Shown here in pieces: positions 20,193-31,638 of a DNA stretch of 64,000 nucleotides; the stretch's first letter is position 1, and every line of letters starts with the position of its first letter. Below the pieces are notes generated by a model. That model worked only from the letters and a program-made list of their open reading frames with translations, was not told the DNA's origin and did not search any database. The stretch lies in IMG/VR virus record IMGVR_UViG_3300028388_004019, positions 96,001 to 160,000 of that record; one strand, given 5' to 3'. The position numbers and the translations under genes were made by a program. This DNA is from a virus.

Positions 20193-23100
20193 CTAATTTG
20201 TAGATACATACCATTTAATACCCTGGTCAAAGAGTGGTACCACCGTTTCATATCTTTGTTTTATTTGTTTTTCTTGGTCATTGGCAGGATTAGTGATTAT
20301 TCTATTAAATTCACTGTCTGTCGATATTTGCGAGTAGAAGTATTTGATATAAATCTTAGCATAAACATCCTCATTTTTATCATCTGTAGATGATTGACCG
20401 ATTTGAGACATGTCATTATAAACACTTGGAGTATTAAGGAGTGCCTTTATGGAATCCATACTTTTTTTCCAATCTGTAAATGATGCTAAAGGTACATTTT
20501 GTCCACCCATATTTACACAAACCTGACCTTCTAAATCACTAACATCAACACCTCTTAATATCTTATTGGTAGTTAAGTTACCTAAATTACCATTTTTGAA
20601 TTTTACGGAAGAGTTATTTACTGTAAACTCAATCCATGGTATTAAACCTATAAGTCGTCTAACATCCATATCATCTCGTAACAATGTCAATGTTTTAACA
20701 TAATCCTTAATATTACTATAAGAAAGTGTTTCGTCTCTTAACGGAACATAATCTAAACCTACATATCTAGCTATTGGAGTACAGTTCGATGAACCAATTT
20801 CAGTAGCATTACCCTGAACACCATTTGCCGTTGACTGCTCATTTGTAATAGGTGTGGATGTTCCTTCATCATTGGTCACGTTCTGATTTTGTTGTTTTGG
20901 TTTATTATATTGTTCGTTCAACCTCTTCAACAAATCAATATTTACACTCATAGTGAGTTCTTTGATATTTGGGAATGAATACTTGGAAATTCTTACACCA
21001 CTGAATGTTGTCATAAAGTCACCTGGTGTAATATTGTGAGATACATCAGTAATCCAATATGGACCAGTAAACATAGGTACATATCTCAAGTTGAAATACA
21101 TAGTTGGTTGAATCATCACATTACCCATTGATGTAATCTGACAATTATAACTTCTATTTTTATAAATGTTATATAGAGAGGTGGATTGTTGGAACGTCTT
21201 AGAACCCTTACTTTGATTTGCCATATCCGTCAAAATTCTGAACGATTCCGAAGTATCCTTAAATTGTGATTGGTCCAAACTTACTGATTTAAAAATCCCT
21301 TGATTACGAACACCAAAATCTACATTGAAACCTACAACTTTATTAGAAAAGGCATAATCAGTTTTATCAGTCTGATTTTCCCTCAATACTTCAGCCTTAT
21401 ATATATCAAAACTATCATCACCGAATCGGTAATCCACATTCTCAGACTGATTCAAATGTTCAGATACTTTGTCAGTATATAAACATAAAAATCTAGGTCT
21501 ACTATTATTATGGTCTACCTCCAAGAATGTACCAAAAACATCAGAAGCAGAATTTTCAATACCTTCTTCAGGTCTAGCGTCAGGTGAAGGGTCACTCACA
21601 CCATAGAAATTAGTGTACGAAGGTAAGGCCATAAATAACATATTATTCTTTTGTATTAAATGACCAATCAAAGTATAAATTGAATTACCGTTCACTTCAT
21701 CATTTATATAACCAACTAAAGAAGTAACATCTACGATTAGTTTATCACCTATATCTCTGTTTGCCCTGTCCAAGAAAAGGAAATCTTCAAATAACGTTCG
21801 AGTCTCGAAATCACCTCCAGAAATCCATTTATCATTCAAAGCTTTGAAAAATTCATACAATTCTAATTTCGCAGCATCACCAGTCATAGATGACTTGATA
21901 TTTTCTGTCTCTTCAGTTATGACAGGTAAATCCTTATTTAACTTTGTAAATAAGTTATTTTGTATTTTCTTTTGTGAGGAATCTAACAATGTTAAATACT
22001 CATTAAATGAAGTCATAAACTCTGTGGATGACATACTTGGTTTTTCATACTTTTGACTAGCATAAATTTGAATAATCGGACCCAACTGATTCACATTGTC
22101 TTCATTAAACTCGATATCCATATCAATAAAAAAATCAGTGATGAATGACCCACTATCACTGTATTCCATTCCATCTGCATCGTACTCACCCACAACTAAT
22201 CTTAATGCTCTCCATGCATCAGGATAGTTACCCTCACTAATACCAAGTGTAGTACTATTAGTCAATGATGGTAATGAATTAGGTATATAAGTACCAAAAT
22301 CAATCCTTTGATTCTGAGTTTGATATCTAGAATCATCAGTAAATGAATTCCACACTCTCCTGTCAAAATTCGAAGGATTGGCATTTTTAAATATATAAGA
22401 ATTACCCACAAATTTTATCATTTCCTGTTTGAATGACTTGAGTTGTTGATTAGCAATCTTTTTTCCATCCAAATCTTGATTATTAACCAATTCAGGTCTT
22501 TCAACGAAAAACAGACTTCTCATAGTATTGATTAAATTCGGACCTTCAACATTAGTATCTCTGTTAGGGTCTTTACAAAATTTCAAGAATTCTTCTTCGA
22601 ACAAATTCATAATATCTGAATTGAATACAGCTAAAATTTCTTCTATTGAAGAATATTCACTGAGACCTTCTAAGTTGAAACTGTCCTGTTGTGTTTTTTC
22701 ATTATCGATTGTCTTTATATATTGTCTATATGTCGGTTTGTTCAATAAAGACGCATCAAAATAACCATAATGACTACCACCCCAAAGTGTTTTAATTGAC
22801 CCATCATACAAAGGATGGGATAGGGGGTTATTTTCAGTTTTACCTTGGGGGTTAGTTACCTCAAACTGTGATTGATTGAAATCACCACCACCTGCTGATG
22901 GATAACATATTACCCTATCTTTAAAACTCCCATCGTATAATTGAGGTTTATCATAGAAGGTATAATATGAATTTATGTTATACCTCTCAATTTCAAATTG
23001 AACTGGTGGTCCAATACTTACAACAGTGTTATTGAACCTTTCTATATTGAAGGCGGAATTATTATTTGTTGCAATCTTCAAACCTGAACCTGAAAGTTGA

Positions 23101-26100
23101 GTATTACCTGAAAAATAATTTCTGAAATCTTGTGCGGTAGTCCCCGTTATAAATTCATTATAACCAAATAGATAGTTTATGTTATTTATAATTTCAGGAT
23201 AAAAACCAACATTACTTTGTATAGTATTGGCACCTATCTGTGAACCAAAATAGGTCACTTCCATTTGATAGTTAGTTGTACCAGTATTACCATATCTTGG
23301 TATTTTATAAAGTTCTAATTTGGACGGTGATTGACTTAATGGGTCATATAATTTATCCTCATCAATATTAGTCCATACATCATCGAGAATATCGATACCA
23401 TCAGTAATATATTTTTTATATCTATACCATATCGAACCATATTTGACCACCCAAGAATAAGGCATTTTATGTAATGCACCAAACTTGTTATATATTGCAA
23501 AGTTGTAATCATTAAATTCACCTTTTGGATTTCCTTTACCTTTATTCATTTTTTCCCTCAATGTCTGTAGAGGAAGTGAATTTATGAATAAATAACCCAT
23601 CGTCGAATATGGGTTATCAACACCATTTTTACTATCAACCACAGATTTATTTATAGAGTTGATAAAGTAAGGGGTATTCAATAATGAAGTGGTTTGATAC
23701 CTCGAAGTGAAACCAGAATAATTATTTCCGTAATCTATAGCACCTTCAGTAACAAAATAGTCTTTGTTATTTTGTCTTCTTTCATATTCGGCTTTTATTG
23801 TACCATATGATGGAACGGATATTGTAGAACCAGAGTTAGAATACCACGTGGTCGGCATGGATGGTGTATCATTAACTGATGAACTCAAACCTAATTTTGC
23901 CTCATTGAAGGACACAACAGTCTTTTTCTCTGATGAGAAATACATTGAATTTCTTGTAATGTTAGATTGGTCAACTGAACCTAATTCAGAACCTCTCGCA
24001 ACATTTTTCTGTAACCACTCTAAATTTGTCAAAGGGTATACATCGACAAAACCTATACCATCAGTTTCAGGTGATTCCAAATAATTTCTTAATTTGACCT
24101 CACTATCATCTGAAATATCTATAGTTGGTGATTTTTCATTGAATGTTTCTAAATCATATAATTCAAAAAATTTGTCTGTATAATCCCTTATGTATGGTGT
24201 GACGAAAACATCTGCTAGAAATGTATTCCAACTAACCCCCGTCCCATTATTAGACACGTGTGACAATAAACTTTCAAAATTTGAGGAGTTGATACCAAGT
24301 CTTTTGAGTTTCATCTTAAGAAATGGGTCACTCTCAATTGCCTTTTTTATTGTCAATGTTTCAAAATCCGCAACCACTTGATAAAGATTTTGAGGAGATT
24401 GATTAGGTCTAAACAACTTAGAGTAGTTCGAAGAAAGGTATGTTCTTTCCCAAAGTTCGTATAAGAACGGTACCTCACTTAAATTAGTGTATGGAATTTG
24501 AGAATATGGGAATTCAACAGGATTAACAGGAATTGATGATAACTCGGTTTTAGTATTTCCAAAATTTGCCGACTTTTGTTCAACTCTTCTTTGTAATTTT
24601 CCTTTGATAAATTCTTCAATAAATTCAACCTCCGGCCACTTATCATATAGGTATGATTTTGTAGACGATTCCACCTTAGGGTCACCCAAATATTTAACAA
24701 CATACCTTTCATTACCATCTTCATCCAACTCTTTTTCAAAATATTGTGGCCATGGATATACTACTTTTTCTGTATCAGTGTTTGATAATATAGTATCTTT
24801 AGTATCAACTCCATTAGTGGTCTGTTGATTGATAATGACATTTTGTCTTATTGGGTCATCTTTGACGTTCCATGCATCTGTATGCACTTCATCCATCAAT
24901 CTGTAAAATGCATCAACGTTAGCCATCAAAATTGCCATGACATTTCTTATTGTAGGTTTGAACCCTAATGCACCATCAGGATTTTCAATTTTTTGTGCTA
25001 AGGCGGTAGATAATTCTTTTTGAATTGTTTCTGCTTTATCTTTATATATTTTCTCAATCTTATCTAATTTACCCAAGAATGAACTTTTTGTTACATTTCT
25101 ACTATCACTAATCTGACCAAATCCGTAAAATTTTGAGGTTAACTCCTCATCAGGTGTCAAATCTAAATTGTAATATGTATTTTGTATGTTGAAGTAATTT
25201 CGAACTTCTAATTCATAAGCAGCTAAATCCAAATCAGTAGGGGTTGCATTTTTTTGTGATTGATATGATTTTGTTAGATTTACATCGTCAAAATCCAAAT
25301 CAAATTCCAAATCTTCAATCCCTATATTTACAGGAATAGAAGAAGACTTTTTCTTACCCAATATACTATATTCACCATTCTCACCAAAGGTGGCATTATC
25401 AGATAATTTTTGATTAAATTCTTTTATTTTAGCATCTAAGATGCTACGAGCATCTTCTTGGTCTTGAAGACTATCTTTTGTTTTTTTTAACCCATAGTAT
25501 ATACCATTTTCATTGTCTATGAAACGTTTGGTAGTATCCAAATACTCAAATGGCCACCTCGTGTTTCTGAATAAAGTTACATACTCCCTATAACCTTTGA
25601 TTACTTTACCATAACTTTCAATATCATTCAAAACTGATAAGTCCTCTTTACTAAACTGTTGTCTAATAAAATCTTCTAGCCCTTTCAATCTACTATTTAA
25701 TTCAGAAAGAGTTAATCTCGGTAATTTTGGGTCAATTAAACCTTTTGAAACATACGTACTATAAACATCATTTATTACTTTTTCTCCACGAGTAACAACT
25801 ATAGGTGTTGTAACCACCTCATCGTCACCTCTCCCAACAGCTTGAGAAGATTCTCTATTGAGTTGATTATCGATTGTTGTTTGGTCACCATTATAATCTG
25901 AAGGGTCTTCATTACTATCGACTAATAAATTTGTTTCATACATATGAGGTAATGCAAATAACGCACCTAAACTCAAGTCGGATAGTATTGCCGCGGTTCT
26001 ACCGATAAATGAAATAGAAACTTTATAGTTACCGTCAGTCGGGTCAAAACGAGCGTTAAAACTCTTCATCATTAATTCGTAACGAACCGCCTTCCCGTAA

Positions 26101-26693
26101 TACCCTTTGACCGTCAAATAAAATAATGGATAGGGTAATTGAAAAAATGCGGAATATGGTGAGTTTTCACCCAATTCAAATAATGTTCTACCCTGAACGT
26201 CAACCATTTCAATGTCTACTTGAGGTATGAAAGACGCATTATTTTTTATGTTGATTGATGTGATACCTAAAAGTTGAGTGTCTTGTGAGTTGTTGACTAT
26301 AGAACCTTGTTGTGTTATTTGTGTCTGATTGATTGCAGTGCCATTGAGTGAGCCTTCACCTGTCAATTGGTCAGTGTAACTTGTATCTAAATACTTTTTT
26401 CCTTGTGGTTTTAGAAAATTAATCTTACCATCCTCAGTCTCACCAAAATTAGCAATCTTCACATTACGAGACATTTGGTCGGTATTTTCACCAACTGCTA
26501 ATTTTGTTCTCGGGATTATTCTTGCCTCCAAGTTAGCATACATAACAAGGTTTTCATGTTCAACAAGTCTTTCAACCTGTTGACCATCTGAATTGATAAC
26601 TTTATTCGGGTCCACTAAGACAATATTGTCAAATTGGTCGAACGCTATCTTTTCTCCTCCATAAAAACTCCTAAAGTTTTGATTAACGGCCAT
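20193..26693 (-). CDS. Baseplate hub protein (gp27/GpD-like) with a very large insertion and a possible C-terminal lysozyme-like domain
   Basis: N-terminal LGITSINI...VDIEMVDVQG...FYLTVKGYYG; later GNVMIQPTMYF...GPYWITDVSHNITPGDFMTTFSGVR, the typical hub C-terminal strand pattern. Confidence 0.6.
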   Translation of the reverse strand: MAVNQNFRSFYGGEKIAFDQFDNIVLVDPNKVINSDGQQVERLVEHENLVMYANLEARIIPRTKLAVGENTDQMSRNVKIANFGETEDGKINFLKPQGKKYLDTSYTDQLTGEGSLNGTAINQTQITQQGSIVNNSQDTQLLGITSINIKNNASFIPQVDIEMVDVQGRTLFELGENSPYSAFFQLPYPLFYLTVKGYYGKAVRYELMMKSFNARFDPTDGNYKVSISFIGRTAAILSDLSLGALFALPHMYETNLLVDSNEDPSDYNGDQTTIDNQLNRESSQAVGRGDDEVVTTPIVVTRGEKVINDVYSTYVSKGLIDPKLPRLTLSELNSRLKGLEDFIRQQFSKEDLSVLNDIESYGKVIKGYREYVTLFRNTRWPFEYLDTTKRFIDNENGIYYGLKKTKDSLQDQEDARSILDAKIKEFNQKLSDNATFGENGEYSILGKKKSSSIPVNIGIEDLEFDLDFDDVNLTKSYQSQKNATPTDLDLAAYELEVRNYFNIQNTYYNLDLTPDEELTSKFYGFGQISDSRNVTKSSFLGKLDKIEKIYKDKAETIQKELSTALAQKIENPDGALGFKPTIRNVMAILMANVDAFYRLMDEVHTDAWNVKDDPIRQNVIINQQTTNGVDTKDTILSNTDTEKVVYPWPQYFEKELDEDGNERYVVKYLGDPKVESSTKSYLYDKWPEVEFIEEFIKGKLQRRVEQKSANFGNTKTELSSIPVNPVEFPYSQIPYTNLSEVPFLYELWERTYLSSNYSKLFRPNQSPQNLYQVVADFETLTIKKAIESDPFLKMKLKRLGINSSNFESLLSHVSNNGTGVSWNTFLADVFVTPYIRDYTDKFFELYDLETFNEKSPTIDISDDSEVKLRNYLESPETDGIGFVDVYPLTNLEWLQKNVARGSELGSVDQSNITRNSMYFSSEKKTVVSFNEAKLGLSSSVNDTPSMPTTWYSNSGSTISVPSYGTIKAEYERRQNNKDYFVTEGAIDYGNNYSGFTSRYQTTSLLNTPYFINSINKSVVDSKNGVDNPYSTMGYLFINSLPLQTLREKMNKGKGNPKGEFNDYNFAIYNKFGALHKMPYSWVVKYGSIWYRYKKYITDGIDILDDVWTNIDEDKLYDPLSQSPSKLELYKIPRYGNTGTTNYQMEVTYFGSQIGANTIQSNVGFYPEIINNINYLFGYNEFITGTTAQDFRNYFSGNTQLSGSGLKIATNNNSAFNIERFNNTVVSIGPPVQFEIERYNINSYYTFYDKPQLYDGSFKDRVICYPSAGGGDFNQSQFEVTNPQGKTENNPLSHPLYDGSIKTLWGGSHYGYFDASLLNKPTYRQYIKTIDNEKTQQDSFNLEGLSEYSSIEEILAVFNSDIMNLFEEEFLKFCKDPNRDTNVEGPNLINTMRSLFFVERPELVNNQDLDGKKIANQQLKSFKQEMIKFVGNSYIFKNANPSNFDRRVWNSFTDDSRYQTQNQRIDFGTYIPNSLPSLTNSTTLGISEGNYPDAWRALRLVVGEYDADGMEYSDSGSFITDFFIDMDIEFNEDNVNQLGPIIQIYASQKYEKPSMSSTEFMTSFNEYLTLLDSSQKKIQNNLFTKLNKDLPVITEETENIKSSMTGDAAKLELYEFFKALNDKWISGGDFETRTLFEDFLFLDRANRDIGDKLIVDVTSLVGYINDEVNGNSIYTLIGHLIQKNNMLFMALPSYTNFYGVSDPSPDARPEEGIENSASDVFGTFLEVDHNNSRPRFLCLYTDKVSEHLNQSENVDYRFGDDSFDIYKAEVLRENQTDKTDYAFSNKVVGFNVDFGVRNQGIFKSVSLDQSQFKDTSESFRILTDMANQSKGSKTFQQSTSLYNIYKNRSYNCQITSMGNVMIQPTMYFNLRYVPMFTGPYWITDVSHNITPGDFMTTFSGVRISKYSFPNIKELTMSVNIDLLKRLNEQYNKPKQQNQNVTNDEGTSTPITNEQSTANGVQGNATEIGSSNCTPIARYVGLDYVPLRDETLSYSNIKDYVKTLTLLRDDMDVRRLIGLIPWIEFTVNNSSVKFKNGNLGNLTTNKILRGVDVSDLEGQVCVNMGGQNVPLASFTDWKKSMDSIKALLNTPSVYNDMSQIGQSSTDDKNEDVYAKIYIKYFYSQISTDSEFNRIITNPANDQEKQIKQRYETVVPLFDQGIKWYVSTN

Positions 26694-27000
26694 AATAATA
26701 GAAGTGTGTATCTAAAGCATTTTTATAATCCTGTAAAGATTGAACCAATGGAAAAGGTACAATTAATACAGACCCATCAGGAATGTCTTTTTCTAAACTA
26801 CCATATTGTGGGTTAGCCATTTGAATCAACCAACCGAAGAATGGTGTTTTATAAAACTCATCACTAATTTTATCTAATCTACTCACACCTGCTCTATAAA
26901 CATACCTCTTATCCGTAGTTTTTGAAGGCAAATTGATATTAGGAACAACAGTTTGTCGACCATTCAATAAAAATTTCTGATATCTATCGTAATACTGCAT
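26683..27000 (-). CDS. LysM-like baseplate wedge protein (gp53 / tail X-like)
   Basis: RLDKISDEFYKTPFFGWLIQMANP...IPDGSVLIVP. Confidence 0.75.
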   Translation of the reverse strand: MQYYDRYQKFLLNGRQTVVPNINLPSKTTDKRYVYRAGVSRLDKISDEFYKTPFFGWLIQMANPQYGSLEKDIPDGSVLIVPFPLVQSLQDYKNALDTHFYYYGR

Positions 27001-30000
27001 TATTGAAATTTAACTTTGTTATTCCATTTATTTGCCTCTCCTTCATTATTACCAGTATATAATTTTTCTATCAACTGTTTGTCGGCGTTGCTTGGTGTTG
27101 TGTTATTTTTGAATGTGAATTCTCTAACTTTTCCCTTAGCATAAGGTAAGTCTTTGAACTCGGAAGTAGAGTTTACTTCATCTTCATACCCATCGAAAAG
27201 ATTTTTTATCTGTGTCTGTGCGTCTTGGAAGTCAGATTTCCATTGACCTATTGTGAATTTTATAGCCTGAATCCACTTATCGGGTTTTGTGAAATTATTT
27301 TCATTAATGAACTTAGTCAGTTCCTCTATGAGTGATATATCGTTATCAAGGATATATTTAAAGAATGTCAAATAAAATCTTTTACCAAAGGCATCTTTAA
27401 CATCCGAAATCATGACTGTCATACTTAAATCTTTTTGATAAACAGTATTACTATTTTCAGGTGCAATTATAGCGAAGTTATTACCATTAACTTCATATAC
27501 ATTCGTTTTGGTTAGAGAATCTAATTGATTAAGTTTTGAACTAATTATACCAAAGTCACCTTCCAACTCGTCAAATGTATCTGTATAATCATTACTATAC
27601 ACTTCCGTAGTTGCAGTCAAATCATAAATGACCGTTTGGTCACTCTGAATAAAACCATCAATCTTCTCATATACTACATTCAATTTATCCATGACACGAG
27701 TCATATCAGTCTCTTTAGTGGTCAACTCTTGTAATTTAGTTGTCATCTCAGACACATAACCATTTTGGACTCGAGTGATAATTTCTTTTATCTTTTTATC
27801 GTATTTATTTACATCTTTATTTTTAAAACCTCTACTATCTCTAAATGTAATTCCTCCCGAAGCATATTGTAATGGGTGTTCGTCATTGTCAACATCTTTT
27901 AGTGATTCTTTAAATTGGTAATCCATCTCTTGGGTCAAGTTTTGACTTTTACCAAATATCCTTGTTGATGTTCCCATTACCTCACCATTAAAATATCTTC
28001 TATCTTTAGTGAATAGTCTCAAACCTATCTCACCATAATTTTCGGCAATACTTTGTAAAGTAGGAGATACACTGTCTCTGTAGGTTTCATATTTATCAGA
28101 TAAGTCATCCATAATACCTTTATAAGAAATTGTACCAGTAACAGAGGTACCTGAATTTTCTGTTAGTATTGATGTGACTTCACCGATAGTTGACCCACCG
28201 TCCTTTACATCTTCACCACTAATATCATCTATACTGAAAGCAACATCACCACCCAAAGCTTCAATAATTTCTCTGTCAATTTCTGATTGGTCTTCTGTTG
28301 CCACAGACCTTTCATCATACATTTCAGTATTAGCGTAGTAGTTGAAGGAAAGTGCATTCTGTAATTGAGCAACAGGCTCCTTCAGACCATGACCTCCGAT
28401 AAAATAGAATGATAAACTTACATCAGCAATCATCGGTTGAACCCCAATACCCTCAGGATTCAAATCCAAAACTAAAGGTTCGTACCTTAGACTCATCTGA
28501 TTAATAGCAATTTTAGTATGCCAGAAATCCCCAACTCTTAAAACACATATCGGTGGTGAACCAAATGCAGTATTCAAGGCATTATTCTCGAGTGGATTAC
28601 CATCAGGACCTATGGTAGGAATTGTTTCACCAGGTCTCATACATTGTTGTAAGAAAGTTAATCGTGAATTCAAACCTTCGGGGGTCATTGAATGGAATAC
28701 AGGATTAAAGTATTTAATTTTTTCTTTTATTCCTTCATATAGGAATGAAGTATCATCAGATATACTTTCGAAGTAATCACACTCAGACAGTAATTTTCTA
28801 AGTATCTTCTTAGTGATACCTTCTCTCAATTGTAATTCTTGTGTCTGTCGTGGGGCACCAGTACCTTTTTCTATGACTTTTACTTTTTCAGAAGTTTCAG
28901 AAACTTCCTTTACAACTTCCTCGTCTGTTTGGTCTTTAGGTTTTGGTGTTTCTATAAGTGTAATATTTTTCACAACACTTCTACGACATCCCATCGCTTG
29001 TACGGAATAAATCTTAGAGTCCCCACTCAGAGGAGATGAACAATCAACACCATCAATGGTAGTTGTTTCTCCCACGGCAGATTCACTAAAACCAATGAAT
29101 TTTTTACCTTCTAATTTTTCAATTCGAGAATCCCCAAATATTTGTTTTCTTACTGAATCATTTCTCCTTTTAGATAAGTTTATATTATAAGTGTTATCAT
29201 TTGGAGATGATGCTGAACCCGCTAATTCAATATTTACTCTATATCCATTCGTTATTGCTTCAACTAATTTGTTTATAAAAGTATCTAAAGAATTTTTACC
29301 CTTTTCTATCTGTTGAGTAAAAAATGTTTCCACTTGTTCTTTTTGTCCTATTCCTTCAGCCTTTTTTAGGTAAGTACTTTTTTGTGAAATATAAGAGTTA
29401 TATGATGTATTGTAGTTTATAGTCGAAGTTGTTGTTCTTGTATTTGAGTTTGGTTTATCATTATCAAAATATAATGAAAGATTCTCAAACTGAGTAAATT
29501 GTGGTTTTTGTGGAGTATCCACTGGAACATTATCAGGTTCAGGATTTTCTTTTGGAATTTCTCTTTCGTATTCTCTAAATGTTTCAGGATTATTAGTTTT
29601 AGTAACAACTTCGTAAATATCATTGAAACTCAACTGACCATACTTTTTAGCTAACTCATAAATGTCCAATGTCTTACATCCCGCAAAGAAACTATCAACA
29701 ATTTTTGTAACTTCCGAGTCAGGGGTAATATTAGCCAATTCTTTCTTAACCAATGTATTCAATACCGAAGGGTGGTCAACTAACATTTTGAATGATAATG
29801 AACCCTGTCTTTGACTATTCGAATAGGTGTATATTGGTTCAGGTCTCCCTAAAAAATCATTGGTGGTCCAATTTGCAGTGACACTTTCATCAACTCTAAT
29901 ATCATATGGTGGGAACCACATCACTCTACCACCCGAAGGACCCTTTTCACAATTTGGTAAGTCTTGTGTCATATTTGATGTTCTCCACGCTAAATTCTCA

Positions 30001-31592
30001 ATAGATAACATATATTTTGTCGCCTCACCATTCTGAATATTCAGACCTTCTACAGGGGCTATGTTAAGATTGTATGTGTTATCTAAAACAGAGTTAGTAA
30101 ACTTACGAATGTTACCTTCACTCTTTTGAAGGTCGGCCATTGTATAATAAGGAGTATCTTTGGTGAATACTCTACAATATTCTTTTCCAACCTCAACACC
30201 GTTTTCATTCACATATCTTTTAACTCTCGAACCTTTGGTTATTTCTCTTGTCCCATCGAAAAATACTTTCGATACTTGATTGATAGCATTTCCTACATGA
30301 CTAAGTCGTGCTTGTCCTTGTAACCCATCAGCTGCATCAACCAACCTTTGAGTATCATCGAGTATTGAACCCTTTGTGAGGTTATATCTTCCTGATGAAG
30401 AAGCGTTGAATTGAGAACTAATTGGAGGGAAACCGTCATCTCCACCTTCAATTTTACCACCCTTACCAACTTTTTTACCTGCAGCTCTCGAACTTTTTGG
30501 GGAAACCCATGTAAACCCTCCTTGAATGTCAGGGGAGTCACCAGGTTCTACAGTATTCAAACCAAACTTAAACTTTTGTTCACCTTCATATAAGTCAGCT
30601 AATTCACCATATCCTCTGACCGCAGTCGGTACTCTCTTACCAAACTCATCAACAGGTAATTCATTGGAAGGTGCAACAATATCGTTAGGGTCTTGTACTC
30701 TCGAACCGATATAGTAATTTGGACCTGGTGCAAAAAAGTTAGGGTCTGATATAAAATTCAATTTATAATCAGGTCTAAATCTATTATATTCTAACGCTTT
30801 GAATAACGAAGAAGTCTGACCTCTACCTGTGTTGTTTAGGAAAATATCTGAACCATTTTTCTTCTCAGGTAATAAATCTCTAAAACCTAATAGGTTACTA
30901 ATAGCATTTATACCTGTGTTTAAGTAACTCGTTGAACCCTCAAAATAATCACCAGGAATCCATGAGAATGGAACATAAACACCAGTAATTCTACTGATGA
31001 AGTCCAATCCTTTACCCACAATATTTGTGGGAGATGAAATCGTCCAATCAGGTTCAATTAATTCCTGTCTACCCCTTAATATATCAGCGGCAATAAATGG
31101 GTCTTGTAACGCACTTAATATATTGACCCTACCTAAAGTTTCTTGTCTTATTTCCTCGTCAACTCTATACTGAAACTCATCTTGTAATGATTTGGCTGCA
31201 ATCTGTACCATTGCAGAATCCTGAGTCAATGAACCATTTGTACCTTGTGGGTCGTCATTGAATAAAATCTGAGCACCTGTATATGTTGAAGCTACAAACT
31301 TATAATACGTGTCTCTTTGGGTTACTAACTTTTGTACGTCTTGAACTACATACCTATCATCATAACCATCGGATGGACCATATTGGTTTTGTATGAATAA
31401 TCTAACCTCTTCTTTATCACCAATATCTTCAACTTCAGCACTATCCACAACAGAATAATTGGTCAATGTAAGTTCTGATTGACCAGGGTTTGTTGTAGGA
31501 GAAAAACCATCACTATTGAAAGGTGGTAAGTTCTTTACCAACAACTTCTTTCTGATGTCTTCTGTTGAATTAAATGATAATGGACTTGGCAT
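27000..31592 (-). CDS. Tail tube initiator / baseplate protein with an embedded OmpA-like domain
   Basis: Tube-fold segments FPPYD..VDESVTANW...GRPEPIYTYSNSQRQGSLSF and PPICVLRVGDF...IADVSLSF flank IELAGSAS...YNINLSKRRNDSV. Confidence 0.6.
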   Translation of the reverse strand: MPSPLSFNSTEDIRKKLLVKNLPPFNSDGFSPTTNPGQSELTLTNYSVVDSAEVEDIGDKEEVRLFIQNQYGPSDGYDDRYVVQDVQKLVTQRDTYYKFVASTYTGAQILFNDDPQGTNGSLTQDSAMVQIAAKSLQDEFQYRVDEEIRQETLGRVNILSALQDPFIAADILRGRQELIEPDWTISSPTNIVGKGLDFISRITGVYVPFSWIPGDYFEGSTSYLNTGINAISNLLGFRDLLPEKKNGSDIFLNNTGRGQTSSLFKALEYNRFRPDYKLNFISDPNFFAPGPNYYIGSRVQDPNDIVAPSNELPVDEFGKRVPTAVRGYGELADLYEGEQKFKFGLNTVEPGDSPDIQGGFTWVSPKSSRAAGKKVGKGGKIEGGDDGFPPISSQFNASSSGRYNLTKGSILDDTQRLVDAADGLQGQARLSHVGNAINQVSKVFFDGTREITKGSRVKRYVNENGVEVGKEYCRVFTKDTPYYTMADLQKSEGNIRKFTNSVLDNTYNLNIAPVEGLNIQNGEATKYMLSIENLAWRTSNMTQDLPNCEKGPSGGRVMWFPPYDIRVDESVTANWTTNDFLGRPEPIYTYSNSQRQGSLSFKMLVDHPSVLNTLVKKELANITPDSEVTKIVDSFFAGCKTLDIYELAKKYGQLSFNDIYEVVTKTNNPETFREYEREIPKENPEPDNVPVDTPQKPQFTQFENLSLYFDNDKPNSNTRTTTSTINYNTSYNSYISQKSTYLKKAEGIGQKEQVETFFTQQIEKGKNSLDTFINKLVEAITNGYRVNIELAGSASSPNDNTYNINLSKRRNDSVRKQIFGDSRIEKLEGKKFIGFSESAVGETTTIDGVDCSSPLSGDSKIYSVQAMGCRRSVVKNITLIETPKPKDQTDEEVVKEVSETSEKVKVIEKGTGAPRQTQELQLREGITKKILRKLLSECDYFESISDDTSFLYEGIKEKIKYFNPVFHSMTPEGLNSRLTFLQQCMRPGETIPTIGPDGNPLENNALNTAFGSPPICVLRVGDFWHTKIAINQMSLRYEPLVLDLNPEGIGVQPMIADVSLSFYFIGGHGLKEPVAQLQNALSFNYYANTEMYDERSVATEDQSEIDREIIEALGGDVAFSIDDISGEDVKDGGSTIGEVTSILTENSGTSVTGTISYKGIMDDLSDKYETYRDSVSPTLQSIAENYGEIGLRLFTKDRRYFNGEVMGTSTRIFGKSQNLTQEMDYQFKESLKDVDNDEHPLQYASGGITFRDSRGFKNKDVNKYDKKIKEIITRVQNGYVSEMTTKLQELTTKETDMTRVMDKLNVVYEKIDGFIQSDQTVIYDLTATTEVYSNDYTDTFDELEGDFGIISSKLNQLDSLTKTNVYEVNGNNFAIIAPENSNTVYQKDLSMTVMISDVKDAFGKRFYLTFFKYILDNDISLIEELTKFINENNFTKPDKWIQAIKFTIGQWKSDFQDAQTQIKNLFDGYEDEVNSTSEFKDLPYAKGKVREFTFKNNTTPSNADKQLIEKLYTGNNEGEANKWNNKVKFQ

Positions 31593-31608
31593 CTATTTCA
31601 GTTTTCTA

Positions 31609-31616
31609 TATAAATA
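31609..31616 (-). promoter_or_regulatory. Candidate late promoter element TATTTATA
   Basis: 16 nt before ATG 31592. Confidence 0.65.
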
Positions 31617-31638
31617 GATGAAAGGATTATTTTATGAT

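Noticed and set aside
20150-20251. 108-aa version of ORF 19925..20251
   Set aside because: It overlaps the hub gene end; the upstream element and composition favour ATG 20149.
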